NCBI GenBank assembly: GCA_013239625.1
Contig: MU054323.1
Coordinates: 1,674,001 to 1,738,000 of the forward strand
DNA from: Lama guanicoe
Lineage: Eukaryota
Direction: 5' to 3'
DNA length: 64,000 nucleotides
Position numbers and translations under genes: made by a program
The notes under the pieces: model-generated
The model's input: the letters and a program-made list of their open reading frames with translations, nothing else
The model's database searches: none
What the model was told of the DNA's origin: nothing
Shown: positions 1-13,812 of the stretch, piece after piece
Layout: the number at the start of each line of letters is the position of its first letter
How positions within the stretch are numbered: the first letter of the stretch is position 1

Positions 1-21
1 CCTATTTTATTTTATTTTATT

Positions 22-210
22 TTTGGCTTAAAACAACAGAAACTTATCCTCTCACAGTTCCGGAGGCTAGAAGTTCAAATCAAGAATGCCCACAGGGCTA
101 CACTCCCTCCAAACGCTCTGCGGGCAATTTGTCTTTGCCCATTTTAACTTTTGGTGGCTCCAGGCATTCCTTGGCTTATTGCTATATTACTCTGATCTCT
201 GCTTCCATGA
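22..210 (-). mobile_element. MLT1-family (ERVL-MaLR) LTR fragment
   Basis: Motif ggcttaaaacaacagaaacttatcctctcacagttccggaggctagaagttcaaatcaag...caggcattccttggctt, typical of MLT1 LTRs in reverse orientation; similar to 35180-35360. Confidence 0.75.
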
Positions 211-1734
211 ATTTCCCTATTATAGTTGAAGAAAAAGAAAGTAATGAGTATTGTATGTGAAGTCATGTAACAAGGACGACAGGATTCTATCGTTGACAGT
301 CTGGGTGTGGAGTCACTGTGGGAGTCACTGTGAGATTCTGTTTTTTGTTTATCCCTAGAGCCCTGACGCTGTGTCCTGTGCTTCGTAGCCCTCAGACTGG
401 GCTTGTTGGACAGTGACAGGGCGAGGTGGTCTGCAGTTACCAATTGACTCTTTGGCCCCCATCTCACCTTAAAAAGAACCTTGAAAACTATACTAGAAAA
501 ATGTTCTTTCTGCTTTTTCCAGAATTTTCTTCTTTATGATGGAATTCTGCCCAATGGATTGGGAAAAAGGGAGACAGACCACAAAGATCATGGGCTAGGT
601 AAACTATGGTTATTTCCGGAAAACATGTTTATTATCAGTGAGAAACCCAGAAAAATCACAGAAGGCTGCACTCTGAGTCGAATCCATCAAAAAAGCCAAC
701 CAGCAAACCAACTCATAAGACATTATTGTGTGGTGCCCTGTGCCCCGTACTACAGACACCAAGGGCGGGCAGAATCTAAGACATGATCTCTGAACTTGAA
801 TTTACAGCAGGCCTGGAAACTCAAGATTAACCAGCCCAAGACAGGACAATACAAGATGCTAAATATGAGTGTGGCAAGCAGCAGGCAGAGCGGGGGTTAG
901 GAAGCCCAAGCTGCAGATGAAGAAAATAAGGCAAAGGGAGCCCTGGACTTGGTCTTAGCCAGGGGTCTTCTGACACCAAGTCCATCATTTTCAGGTTTCA
1001 CAAGGAGAGCAGTGGAAGCAGAGCATCCTTGGAGGTGGTGGAGTTTGAATTTCATCCTGCAGCTGGCTTTTGGTGACTGCTCTAAGTCAAGGTGCTTAGC
1101 AAGGGCAAGGAAGGAGGAGAAAGTACTTTATGCTGTTGCCTTATTTTTGCACTCAGGGACCTGGTATGTGAAACTCAGAGAGAAATCCCGAGTAGGATGA
1201 ACACAGTCACAATGTTTAGAATGTGCAGTCGAATGTGGGAGCAGATGTAGAAGAATTTCCATCCCATTTTTTAAAAATCATTTCTCTGGGTCACTTTTGC
1301 AACTTTGCAACACATGTACACCTATCCCTTATAAAAGTAAACCTTCTTGCTAAGCTATAAATAGTTCCTAGCTTAGTTGCAGCATTTTTCTTTGTGGGCA
1401 AGGGTGGGGGTCTCACTCTTTGGAATCCTACAGAATCTTGTACCATGGTTCGCTTGGAGCAGATACCCTGTAAATTGTCTTTAATTACACAAGTGTTGGA
1501 TGATAAAGGCCTGAGACCTGCTTTTAGCCGGTCATGTTACACGTAGGAGGTTAATGTTGACAGCAGCTGGCTTCAGTGTGCTTGCTGAAGTCCCCAGGGA
1601 TCGAAGCACCCTGCTGATCTTCCTGTGCAGATCAACTGAGCTCAACTGAGCACCCAGCAGATGCTCAGCAGTGCTGACTTAATGATTAACTTTTTAGGGC
1701 ATATATGGCCTCTTTACATATACAAATATATACA

Positions 1735-2420
1735 GGCATTTATTCAACACGTGTTTGGGTACTTACCCGATGTTGGGTACTGTGCTAGGAGTTGGGGGAG
1801 GAGGCAGACATTAAACAATGGATGCGAACATTTGAGTAGTGGCGACTGTTCTAAAGACCTTCACGGGGGAAGGACAGAAGGGTGGGGAGGGCGCCAGTTT
1901 GGACAGAAGAGCTGGGAAGACCTTTCTGAAGAAAAGACTTTTCATTTTGAGAGACAGAGAGGAGTTTATCACTTGAAAAGTCAGAGATAGAGATTTCCAG
2001 GCTCCAGGAGGAGTGAGCGGCTTCTAGGGCAGGAATGAACATGGAGTGTTGGGCAAACTCCAGGAGAACAGGCCGAGGAGGACAGGCTGGCAGGAGGTGG
2101 GGCGAGGAGGCCAGGGGTCAGACAGGTCATGCGGGGCGCTTCGGGCCAGGTTCAGTGTTTGAGTTTATCCCGAGGGCTATGGGAAGGAGTTAATGGCTTT
2201 TGACTGGGGACTGTCGGGAGCCAATTTATACCTCTAGAAGGTCACCTGTGAAGGCTGCAAAGACTAGATTAGAGAAGAAAAGATTAGAGAGGTTCCAGCA
2301 TGGCCACTGGGAGCCTAGTTAGAGGCGTGTTGGAGAGGTGGGACCTCTAGCCAGCTTGGACTGAGTGAGAGTGACTGGGAGGTGACAAGGTGGAAACCCT
2401 GCATATTTAGGTTGGTTATG
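1735..2420 (-). mobile_element. LINE2 (L2) fragment
   Basis: catttattcaacac...tactgtgctagg 3'-end motif followed by purine-rich L2 body (gagtttatcc...ggctatgggaag...agactagattagag). Confidence 0.65.
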
Positions 2421-3837
2421 GAGGGAACAGAGAGACAGGGCAGGTGCAGGGGAGGTGGGTACAGTTATTCTGTCTATGTGGAAGGTGACTGTGGCTGAGA
2501 TCAGGGAGCTGAGTCCAGCTCCTCAATAAGCCAACACACACCCATCTCCATATGCGGAGTTATATGGTACCAGCCCTTCCAAAAGATGAGACATTTGTCT
2601 GGCTTTGTCTCCCATTACTGGGTATGTTTAAGTGTATCACTTCTCCTTCCTTATTTTTTTTTTTTTTGCCCCACAGCCTGGTGATTTTCTGATTTAAAAA
2701 AAAATAGATAATCTTTCTACGAATATTCTCCTTCAGTAGCGTCATTTATATGTGTTGATTTGGATCTTTTCTATAAATTGGATTAGGAGAACTTTGAGTG
2801 GGTATGTGGGAACATTTGTGGCGAGATTCTAAGCATTTGGTCTTTGATGATCACCAATGAGCTGCTTTCTAATTGGCTTAAATGGAGAGACATCAGTGAC
2901 AAGCATGGTGGGGGGGAGATGCCAAGCGTCTCCAAGATGTATGGGGGCGAGGCCGATGCAGTGCTTCAAGCATAGCTAGAAGCCAGCTTGCTGTGTCTCA
3001 GTGGAATCCTTCTTTACCTGGTCTTTTCCATCACATAAGACTCTGTACCCATGGGTATCTTGTAGAAAGATGCAAGAGAGCGACATATGGTCTGTCATCT
3101 GGGAACCCATGTTTAGCAGAATATGCTGGCCCGAAGAGCAATAAGGAGAATCCCAGAGGGCCTGATGGGGCCTTGAAGAAGTGTGGAGTACCCAGTACCA
3201 ATTTGTAGTCGTGGGGAATGAGAGCATCAACAGGGCCGTAGAGTTGAAAATTACGCCAAAGACTGGTTAAGAGGCATCAGCCTCTTGAAGACTTGTGTCA
3301 GTAACGCTGACCTATATCCTGGCACATAATTGGTGGTTTGAGATAAAAGAATGCCAGCAGACTGACATTTGGGGCTTGAAGGTGCTCACCTTTTTTGACT
3401 TTCATTCTTCCATGAACTGGTTTGGCTTTCCTAAGCCCTGATTGACCTGTCAAGGTGAACCTAAAATCATTTCCTATGATTCACCCAAGATAACAATTTA
3501 ATTGGCTAAAGAGATGGGAGAACTCCGTGGTTAAGGACCCCAGTTTGCAGATTTGGATTGAGAGGAGACACTTGGGTTCTGGCAAGGGTATTTTTGTCTT
3601 TGAGGTCAATAAGAAGGTCATACCTTTTGGGCAGTATTTTTCTTGTGGATTTTTAAGATCCCAGTTTTCTAAGTGTGGTGCCCTCTAGAGTCCACTGACA
3701 GAGGACCCCTGCCTGCCCTCCTCCCCCTGGTAATTATATATTGCCTGGCCAAGATTTAGCCCCTGGGCTGTTTCAGGGTTGAGCTTTCTTGGTGAAGCTT
3801 GTCTTCCCTGCCTGAAAAGTGTCATTATATGACAGCG

Positions 3838-3841
3838 TTTA

Positions 3842-3873
<32 letters not shown>

Positions 3874-3902
3874 TCCACCCACCCGTCTATCCATCTATCT
3901 TT
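3838..3902. repeat. (TCTG)n(TCTA)n compound microsatellite
   Basis: atctgtctgtctgtctatctatctatctatctatcc... read directly. Confidence 0.9.
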
Positions 3903-4671
3903 CTATTTTTGCCAAAATGTAAAAAGCTTATCAATATCGCCAACCTTCTCATCATCTCCTTAGATCACAAATCCTACCGTGTAGGCTCCCCAGATATGCA
4001 AAAACAGGAATCTCATGAAAGTTCACATGGTGCCTGAGAGCTTCACCTTTAAGCAGTTTCCCAGGCTTCTTGATCTAGTTAGAAATCAAATGTCAGTGTG
4101 GTTCCTCTTTTTGGTGATGAGCCCTGAATTCTCTTCTCCCAGCTCCTCCAGACTTAAAATGCAGAAGCTGCAGCACATTCTGCCTTCTCATCTCATGTCT
4201 TTTGTAGGGGACTTTGAAGTAGAGAGTATACAGTACACAGTAGGATGCACAGTTATGTAACGTGGCCCTAAACTCTGCTGGGTCTGCTGCCAGTTGCTTT
4301 CATAACGGTTGCTGCTGTCAGCCATGTCAACAGTTAAGAACACAACAGCAAACCCTGTTTTACAACCTTTCATTTGTAAGTTAGTGTCAGCAAGTCCCAG
4401 GTAAGTGTTATTAGACATTGGGGTTAGGTTTCAGAATGCCCCGCGGATGCAGAGTTAAGTCATAAGAAGTGGGGCAGTAGATGCTTTGCGCAATGGATGT
4501 CCAGGATGGTGTGGTGTAGAAGGGAGCAGGTGGAGTTCTCTCCCCTCAGGGACAGGGCTCTGTTCTACACACCCGTCTGCACAGACACACACCCTAGAGG
4601 AGGAAGGGTGCTCATTTGTGGGCTGCTTAGCTGATTGGATGAAGTAGACAAAACCACAAAAAAAAGTACCA

Positions 4672-4836
4672 TATTGGGTAGAGAGTTTCTAGTTTTACAT
4701 GATGAAAGGAGTTCTGGGGATGGATGGTGGTTGCACAGCATCATGAAAGCATTCAAAGCACTGAACTGTACACTTAAAAATGGTTGCGATGGTAAAGTTT
4801 AGGTCGGGTGTATTTTGCCACAATAAAAAAAAAAGA
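4672..4836 (+). mobile_element. L1MB-like LINE1 3' end with A-tail
   Basis: gatgaaaggagttctggggatggatggtgg...ctgaactgtacacttaaaaatggtt...tattttgccacaataaaaaaaaaa. Confidence 0.8.
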
Positions 4837-4860
4837 AATTGAGATTCCAGTGCTCTGAAA

Positions 4861-5360
4861 CAGCATTTTCAAGTGTTTTGGTCTCAGGATCTTTATATGC
4901 TTAAAAAATTATTGAGAACCCCCCAAATATTTTTGTCATGTGGGTTATATCTGTCAATATGTATACTGGAAATTAAAATAGATGCATTTCAAATTATTTA
5001 ATTCGTTGTTTAAAATAACAATAATCCTGTAACGTGTTAACATAAATGGCACATATTTATAAAAAATAACTTTTTTAAGCAACATAATTATGAGTGGCAT
5101 TGTTTTACACTTTTACAAATTTGTTTATTGTCTGGTTTAACAGAACATAGTGGGATTCATAGATTTGCTTCTCCATTTAGTCTGTTACGTTCTCAAACAT
5201 CATATATCCTCTCAAAAACTCTACTGGACACTTGTGAGAGAATGAGAGGGAAATAGGAAAGTAGCACCTTGATTTATTATGAAAATGGTTTTACCTAATG
5301 GACCCTTTAACAGATCTTAGGAGCCGTAGAGGTCCCCTGACCACACTTTGAGAGCTACTG
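4861..5360. mobile_element. hAT-Charlie non-autonomous DNA transposon (Charlie1-like)
   Basis: Degenerate terminal inverted repeats cagcattttcaa.../...accacactttgagagctactg; internal aaaattattgagaacccc...tgtgggttatatct and gagtggcattgttttaca motifs. Confidence 0.7.
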
Positions 5361-6634
5361 CTATAGAATAAAAGTTAATTTTTGGTTATGTTATATGTTT
5401 TAGCCTCTTTTCATCTAATATTATCTGAATTTGAATGGGAGCAATTTCATGTATTGCTGATCCACGGTTTCAAATAAAAGAACTAGATGACTCCTTAAAA
5501 AATACCATGTCATTTTTTTTTGAGTTTATGTAACAAACAGCCACAACAAAAACCCTATTTGCACCATTCTACTGTGAACTTCTTCAGCAGTTATCCAATT
5601 GGTCTAGTGTGTAACTACTATCTTGAATTTCCCATGCTAAGCTCTGAGTAGGAAACCCAGAGACATGAAGTTTGAGTGTGAAAATCGGGTAAAGAGAGCC
5701 ATGTTTTACTCCAGGCTATACGAAGTGTGTTTATTTTTTATTTTCAAGTGTGCATTCTTAGTTACTGTGGAGTGGGGAGTTCCTTTCAGCATCTCAGGAG
5801 GAAAGCCCGCAGCTGTCCAGAGACCAGACCTAAAGCTGTCCCGGGGCTCGGCCCTGCTGTCACGTGTCACTGCTGCTCTCGCTGGAGGGCTTGGGGGCTC
5901 TTCGGAGTCTCTGCTTTCCTTCCGTCCAGCTCCATCCCGCCTGGCTCTTCCTTGTACAGAGAACTTGGAAACTCACAGAGAGGTGAGCGCACTTAGGAGA
6001 TGGATTGGACAAATGAGAGGAGTGAGAATTAATTTTTCAAAAGTCAAATTGAAAACTTTCTGACTTGAATCGCCCGGGATCTCATTATTTTTTAATTTAT
6101 TTCCATAATGATAAAGCATGGAATTCATCATAGTGGATAGTGCTGGGCAAAGCATTAAAAAAAATCCTCCTAGGGTAGCTTCCAGGAGCTGAATGTGGAT
6201 GCTTGTGAAGCATAAGAACATTTTTTCCTCCCTTCCAAATAATGGATTAGATGTTATATAAACCATCATATTTAAAATGTTACGGGAAACTTTTCTTTCA
6301 CCCCATGAGATAGTCACTGTGGCAACTTACTACAGCAACAGACACTTGGCTGTCTCAGAGTTTTGTTGTAAACATGCTGAGGATTTATGACTTGGCAACA
6401 TCTGTGACTTCTAGCAGCAATAAATGCTTTTCTACACTTCTTTGGGAAGACCGTAATGTGTCAGGTGCTCAGACTAGGTACAGAGAAACCGTGGCTCGGC
6501 CAGACATTCTCATCCTGGGTCCTGGAGCCTCCAGGAAAGGCTGTAAGATGTGAAAGCACCTTCCAAGCAGCCTTCTCCGCTCTATTCTGACCACGAAATC
6601 CTAGCCTTATACCCTTAAGCAGAACATTCAGTTA

Positions 6635-7170
6635 GTCATCCTTCCACCAGACATCTCCCACTTGTCTGCTGTGTGCCAGGTGCTGATATCACCGTGTCTC
6701 GGTGATATTGCTAAGAAATAGGGTTCTGCTGGCACATAGGGAGGTGCCTGTTCAGCCTTAGATGTGTGTGTGGGCGTGCACATGTGCAGGAGTGTGGTAC
6801 ATCAAAGGAGAGTGTCCCAGAACAGGTGACGTTGGAGCTGATTTCTTGGAGACAAAACTGGGATTACCTGGAAAAGAAAGGAACAGAGAGGACATCTTCA
6901 ATGGGACTTGGGAAAGAGAATGCACTAGGTTCTCTTTGAGGTTGGGAATGGCAAATAATTCGACCAGGCTGAAGCAGAGGGGATTGAAGTATGCTGGTGG
7001 ACACAGAGGCCAGAGAGGCAGGCGGGGAAGTTCTTGCTTTGACGTCAGTGGAGAAGTTTTGAACTCTATCCCGAACACAGTGGGGAGCCACTGAAGGTTT
7101 ATGGAAGGTATAGACACGTTCTGACTTGTAGTTTAGAAAAGTCTCTCTGGCTGTCTGTGGAGAGGGAAGG
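6635..7170 (-). mobile_element. LINE2 (L2) fragment
   Basis: tgctgtgtgccaggtgctg and gaactctatcc...cagtggggagccactgaaggttt...tttagaaaagtctctctggctg motifs. Confidence 0.6.
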
Positions 7171-8089
7171 GATGTTAGTAAGAAGCGGAGGCAAGATGAT
7201 GTCACTGACTTGTCTACTAGTGTGATTTGGGGGCATTAATGAGGGGCCTCTATCACCCAGGTAGGTAATTTGACCTGTTCCTTGATGCTTGAAATTCCTT
7301 AGACTTCTACATTCTTTGTATTTCTATTTTAAGTTCAAGAATGGAAAACTCTCTGGGAATGGAATTTTTGGCCACACATCTGTTTCCTCTTCCTGCAGCC
7401 CCCTAATTTCCTTTGGGTAATTATCCCTCCCTTTTTGAATATTGTCTTGGTGGGATGGTAAATCTTAAGGACATCACCATAGGAAGAGCATGAGATGAGA
7501 AAAAGTCCTATGTACTTTCCCCACTCATTTAGAGATATCTAGGACAGAAGGAAAGTCGGCTGTAAGTACATGAGCCTGGTGCGGAAGCTCAGACAGCAAA
7601 CCAGCACCAGCAGGAGCAGTGTGACCACGTGGGTCTCCCCGGGAGAGCCAGGCTGGGGCTCTGGGCTTGCCATCACCCATGTGTACATAACCATTCTGAA
7701 CCTCAGTCTCCTCATGCATAAGTGGTGATTATGATAATGCCTGCCTCTCTAGGTAGATCTGGGGCTTATAGAATGTTTCTTGCTGGGCATTAAGCATGCA
7801 AAGATTAAGAAAAAATAGGCCTTGCCTTTGGAAGGTTGACAGTGTCATGGCAGAGGCTTCGAGGAAATTGTTCCACTGCATTTCAGCAAGTTACATAGGG
7901 ATAAGGGAGGTTGGGGGTCAGGGCTTGGTTCTGGAGGCTGTGATAGAGAATATGAGTCTTGAAGGGCATTCTGAGCAAATGAGTGAGAATTTGGGGGGTG
8001 CTTTGGGGGAATTTCAAGGAATTCTTTACAGTTCTAGAGTTGGACTTGGGTTGTGGCAGGTGAGGACAATGGATGAGGAATGACAGTGT

Positions 8090-8302
8090 TACTGACAGCT
8101 AACATCTGATGGAGCGTTAGCGAGGTGCTAAGCACAGGGGGCTTTATATGTCTTATCTCATTTTCAGTTCCCGTAACTGCCCAAGGTGGTAAGTGACATT
8201 TTGTATCCATGTTTCACCCATGAGGAAACTGAGGCTCAGAGAATTTAAATAACTGGCCCAAGGTCACACAGCTGATGAGTGGTGAAGCTGGGATTCAGAC
8301 CA
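8090..8302 (-). mobile_element. MIR SINE, apparently nested in an L2 fragment (to ~8700)
   Basis: MIR core atgaggaaactgaggctcagaga...aactggcccaaggtcacacagct...gctgggattcagacc, immediately followed by L2-like gggtttatcctgaagg...gggagccatc. Confidence 0.8.
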
Positions 8303-8749
8303 ACCAGATGGGATTTAGGGTTTATCCTGAAGGACAAGGGAGCCATCAGAGTGCTGTAAGATTGTGCATTTTAGAAGGTAGCTTTAGCTCGGCAGGAAGA
8401 ATGAATTTGAGGGTGGAGAATGGGGATGGGTCTAAGACAGGGAGGAGAATCAGGAATCTATTAGAGTAAATCATGGAAAAATACTGAGTGTCTGAATTAA
8501 AGCCAAGGCAGGAGAGAGAGGGGGAGGAGAAGGATTTGAGAGACGTTTGGGAACAGGATGAAAGGAGGGTGTGGACGTGATTATTTCAGGGTCCTGTTAG
8601 GACATTCAAATGGACATCTCCAGTGGGCAGTTCCATGAGTCCGCAGCGCAGTGGGGAGATCTGGGCTGGAAATACGCACCCGGACTCTGTAGTTAAGTGC
8701 AATTCTCAAGAAGAGCAGTGGGCGGAACCCATGGGCTGGGGACGTGACA

Positions 8750-9050
8750 TGAATTTGAGTTCTGCAGATTGTATCCTGGCTACAGATTTGTTTGATTTGG
8801 CCTTCAGTACTAAAACATTAACGACAAAACCGGTAACGCTTACAAAGTTGGGAAAATTCCCATAAAAGTAAGATTTGTGGGTGCTCTCCACAGCATGGGC
8901 AGTCTGGCCACTGGATGCCCACAGATAAGGGACAGCAGTCCCTTCTTGCCAGGGCCAGTGCATTCTAGCTTGTCACAGTGGCCAGGTGACCTCTGTTCTC
9001 AGTCTGGGCACCTGTCTAGTCCCTGCAGGTATCTTATTTGGTGACCTCAG
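8750..9050. mobile_element. Possible MER102-like hAT-Charlie relic
   Basis: tttgtttgatttggcc...aaagttgggaaaattcccataaaagtaagattt...cagcatgggc resembles the MER102 consensus as I recall it; highly diverged. Confidence 0.4.
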
Positions 9051-10129
9051 ATTTTAAGTTTGGAAAGAGGAAGTAGAGTGTCACAGGATACCAAGAACAA
9101 GCCAATGAACCACAGGGTCTGGGAGGTCAGCAGTGACACTTGCCTTAGACAAGTAAGTCATGCACAGACGGGAAGTGTCCTTTGAGTTTGGTTCCCTGGA
9201 AGCGCCTTTAGCAAAAACGCTTAGTGTGGGATTAGGGCAAGTATTGTCGGAGAACAAAGAAGTGTAAAAAGTGCTTTCAAGAAGCTGCTGCAAAGAGGAA
9301 TTTGGGCTTGGGAGATTTTATTGTGTGTTGTTTGTTAATATGTGAGTGGCTGGAGCATATCTATATAAGGACGAATGTGGTATCACATAGCGCTTTCTTT
9401 ATTTGTCCTTAATTTTTTTTATAACTACAAGGAGTCCAGTCTCAGCTTTGGTTGTTTGACAGATTATCCTATGAGAAAAAGATCGTTCTTACTAAAACAA
9501 CATGCTCCCAGGCTTTATATGTCCGTGAAGACAGCGAACTTCAGATTTTACCAGCGTTAGATGCATTTTTGCTATTTTAATCCGTAAGCAGCAGTGCTCG
9601 CAAATGGGTAATTCTGTATTTTTAACAGTGACAGGTTATGTCCAGCAGTGCCCACGTGGTGATTTTATTTCTTGTATTTGCTCCTGTGTTTGTAAGCTGT
9701 CCATTTTTTTTTTATCATTTTCCAGGTGGAATCTGTTGTGATGATCTTATCAACCAGCATTGCTTCTATTGCACTCTGGGTTAGTGTGTTATCTTGGTTT
9801 TATGCCATATGACAATTTTTCCATTTACCTTTTCTGTATTTGTTATGATATAGCTTGATCCAGGAACTTACTGTATGTGTGTTATAACTTATCTACCTTA
9901 TCTTTCATGTAAAACTCTTTTCATTAAGGAAAAAATGTATCTCCCTTCTGCGGTGGCTGATAAATAAGCTGCTATTCTTCTGTGGTGATCATAATTTCAA
10001 AAGCATCTTTGCTGTGAATTTTCTTTTCTCCCAGTAATTCAGTGGGCAAGACAGACTTTAAAATTCAGCATGGAATGGAAGCAGTCGGTAGCCAAGCTAT
10101 GTGATAAATGTCAACCAATGAACTGATTC

Positions 10130-10690
10130 ACCAATCAATTCAACAGACAGTTTTAAGAATCTCATGTGTGTCACATAAGGTTCAAGGCACTGGGGATACA
10201 GTGATGTGTAAGACAAAAATGCCTACCTTCGTGGAGCTCATGTCCAAGTGGGGAAATAAACTATAAATAAGATAAAGAAATAAAGTCTATGTCTCTAAGT
10301 GTAATTTAGGGATTAAAAAATACTAAAGAGAAAAAAATAAAGTAACGAAGGTGGGTAGGAGTTTAACTGGGGGATGACTTTGTTAGGGTAACCCAGGAAG
10401 GCATCATTGAGAAGCTATCATGTGAGTAAAGACCTGAAGGAAGTGAGGAAGAATCCGTGCAGTCACCTGGGGATGCAGCGTTCTAGGCATGGAGATCAGC
10501 CAGTGCAAAGGCCCTGAGGCACGAATTGCCTTCTTAACATGATTAAGGACTGTTACAGAGACCAATATGCCAGATGAGAATGAAAGAAAATGAGACAAGT
10601 GGGAGATGAAATCAGGTAAGTCCAAGAGGAGGGAAAAATTTATTCTGAGACGGAAACCAATGCAGGGTTGCACACAGGAGTCACAGGAAG
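10130..10690 (-). mobile_element. LINE2 (L2a-like) 3' fragment
   Basis: attcaacagac...aggcactggggatacagtgatg...cctaccttcgtggagctca...cagccagtgcaaaggccctgaggca. Confidence 0.75.
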
Positions 10691-10719
10691 TGACTTGCCA
10701 TTTAACAGGATCTCTAGCT

Positions 10720-10935
10720 AAGGCATTCTTAACTCTTTTTTTGTGCCTCAGGCCCCTTTGGCAGTCTGAGGAAGCCTATGGACCACTTTTCAGAATAGAG
10801 TTTTTCAACGTAAAAAAAAAAAGCCACAGGATATAAAAGAATCCAATTGTACAGAAATATAGTTATCCATGTAGTCAAACCAATTTATGATCTAGCAATA
10901 TATGTTCTTCTTTATTAGCTCTTTAGAGATGATCT
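10720..10935. mobile_element. hAT-Charlie (Charlie4-like) DNA transposon fragment
   Basis: ttcttaactcttttttgtgcc...cccctttggcagtctgaggaagcctatggacc...tcagaata terminal motif. Confidence 0.6.
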
Positions 10936-12139
10936 AGCCATTTCAGACGACTGCAGTTCCTGGTGCCATGCCCTTCCCAGGGGCAGCCTCTAATTTTTCA
11001 CACGTTCTAGGAACAGTGATAACTCCCAAGAGTTTGTTTGTTTTTGATTTTTTCATTTCTTGGACTGGCTCCTTGTGGCTAAATAGTTCAGGAGATGTAG
11101 GGTAGGGTCACTCTGTTTCAGCAGATTCTCTGTATGGCCACCTGCACTTCATTTTCCGTCTGCACAGACATCTCTCACCTGGGTCATTCTTGCTCACAAA
11201 GGTGTGGATGGCACAGGCAGAGTTCTTTATATACAAAGAAAAAAGAATCTATTTAAATATGCCCAGGTCGTAGGGCTGTCTCCTGGCCAAACTCATATTT
11301 TCTGCTCTCTGTACCTACCACAAGCCTTTTTTGCCTCCACGTCTTTACACGTGTTCTTTCCTCTCCTTGGAGACCAGCCTTCTTATCTTACCTGCTTCCT
11401 TTACTTGTTCGTATCTGACCTGACCCTCGTGGCTCAGCTCTGTTAGCCCAGTTCATGTAGTTGTCCCTACTTCCCTATCCTGGGGGGACCCTTTACCTCC
11501 TCTGAACTGTGCCACCTTCTCGACACCTCTCCTTGTGGTCCCCGGCACCTTCTGCCTTGGGTTGCAGTCATTTACATACTTGTTTACCTCCTCCAAGCTC
11601 TTCTAAGCTTCTGTAAGCTCTGAGGGCAAGAGCCATCTTGTGTTTTGTCCTCTGTAGTTTTCAGGATGGTGCCTGCCCCTAAGCAGATGTGAATGAACAG
11701 CAGAAGCAACTTATGATTCCTGCAAATGACGCCAGAGCACGTCGGCGGAGGGTTCTCTCTCTCCCAGATCTGTAAGTTCACTTCATGTCTACCCCACGCC
11801 CCCTCCTCCCTCCCCAAACACTGACCAAGTCTGCTTATGACCTTTTATTTTCTCAAGTAGGAGTAACTATTTTCATAAGTGTTTCATAATACTTGTAAAG
11901 AAACTCACACAATGTTGAGAGCTACCGAGCAGAAGGCAAAAATCATTCCAAATTCCATCATCCAGAGAGAACGCTTTTAACGTGTTGGTGCGCATTCTTA
12001 TAGAATTTTTTCACTTCATAAACTCAGATATATTTCGTCAAGATCAGATCATGACATTATTGTATTATAATTATTTTCTTTTTTTAAAAAAACTGAACAT
12101 ATTGTGACTTTCTTTTCATCAACCTACAGGCAGTGGATC

Positions 12140-12335
12140 AGATAATGGCTTTAGAGCGTTATTGTTTGAATTCAAACCATGAAACTCACTTAATAGCTGT
12201 TGACCCTGGGGAGTTAGTTAACTTCTCTATTTGCCAGTTTCTCCATCTGTAAAATGAATCCAGTAAAAATACTATTCGTAGGAGTGTTGTGAGGATTAAA
12301 CAGGTTCGAGAGTGCAAACACTTAGAGCGGGGCCT
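12140..12335 (+). mobile_element. MIR SINE
   Basis: agttagttaacttctctatttgccagtttctccatctgtaaaatg...tgttgtgaggattaaa. Confidence 0.75.
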
Positions 12336-13771
12336 CAGTCTGCAGAGCTATGATTTTAGAGATTTTGATGGCTACAGAGTATTATTGCATGGCTAATCCT
12401 AATGTTTAACCATTCTCCTATTGATGGACCTCTAGGTTGCTTTCGACTTTTTACTCTTATGAATTATTAATGATGCAGTGAACATCCCTGTATCTTCATC
12501 CTAGGACACGTGTCTGATTTATTTACTCAGGATACATTCCAAAATGTGAAACTGTGGGATTTTGTGACACACATTGCCGGAGTCCTCCAGAAGGTTTCTT
12601 TTAACCTACTGACACCACTGCTACCATTGCAGATTAGATTTTTCCCTCTGCATCCCCAGAACTGCTTGCTTGCAGTTGCTCGTTTTATCGCTGTGTTAGT
12701 GTAGATGTTTGATGCATCAGCTGTTGAAAACATGGAGAGAGACCAAGCCCAGGGTCTAAATTCCCCAGGTGGGCTGATTTGCCTGTTTCCTGGCTGCAGC
12801 CTGAGCTCTGCTTTTGGTCAGCCACGAAGCTGGGAGGCTCCTGCAGGGTGGAGGGAGCCAGGGAATTCCTTCCTGGGACCAGTGGAATGGTGGTGGTAGT
12901 CCCGGAGCCCTGTCTACCTGTGGGGAGGACTATGTTAGTGGTCAGTGGCTGTGCGGCTTTGCTTCTTATGAGATGCACACCCTTCCACTGGGCTTTTCCG
13001 TGCCTTCCTTTCTGCGGATTGTCTTTGGAGGTGACTCAGCAGCAGCCTGCTGCCTCCCACTGTTCCCCAGGGGAGGTTGTCTAGGAACACAGAACCCGGG
13101 GAGAGGAGAGTGGTGTTTGGTTACCTGTGCTTCCAGCCCTTGGGACTTCTGGGGATGGTATTGCATTCACGCACTCTGGACGGCCAAGAGAAACAGGATT
13201 TATATTAACCTTTCAGATATCATTTAGAGGCCTTGCTTTAGAAAGCACTTACTGGTTTTCTCTCCAAAGACCAGAACCTCTATCAATTTATTTTTAATTC
13301 CTGAATATGTTAGACCCTGGGAAGTTTTCATTTTCTTCTTGGGACAGAGCAAAATAAAGAAAAAAAAATCAGTGTTAATTCAAGGATTTTTTTTTGTATT
13401 AAGGTACTTCTTGAAATTTGATAATTTGGAAAAAAAACAAAGTTGTTTGGAGATACTCTTTGTAATCTACTTTCTGAGTCAACTAGACAGTGTTGGATTA
13501 CTCTGACTGCTTTGGATTACAGGATTTAAATACAAGTACAATTTGCCCAGCACGCTAAATTCAATTATGGTGGCCTGATTGTGATGTTTTAATTTTATTT
13601 AAGCAAAACTCTAGACCACAATTCTCGTGAGTTAAGCAAGGTAGAGATAGGGTCCAATTTCACCTTTGGTTATTATTCCTATTATTTCATTACTCTTAGA
13701 TTTTATGGAAAATTGATCTGTGGATGATGAATTGCGGCAAGACTACAAAACTGATACATGTGTATCTCTAT

Positions 13772-13812
13772 CATATCTATCTATCTATCTATCCATCCAT
13801 CTATCTATCTAT
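13772..13812. repeat. (TATC)n microsatellite
   Basis: tatctatctatctatctatccatccatctatctatctat read directly. Confidence 0.9.

Noticed and set aside
6685..6707. Inverted repeat atatcaccg-N5-cggtgatat resembling a bacterial or phage operator
   Set aside because: It lies in a decayed L2, and a 9-bp stem is plausible by chance in a window this size. There is no prokaryotic context.
7040..7047. CRE palindrome TGACGTCA
   Set aside because: An 8-mer inside an L2 relic; about one occurrence is expected at random.
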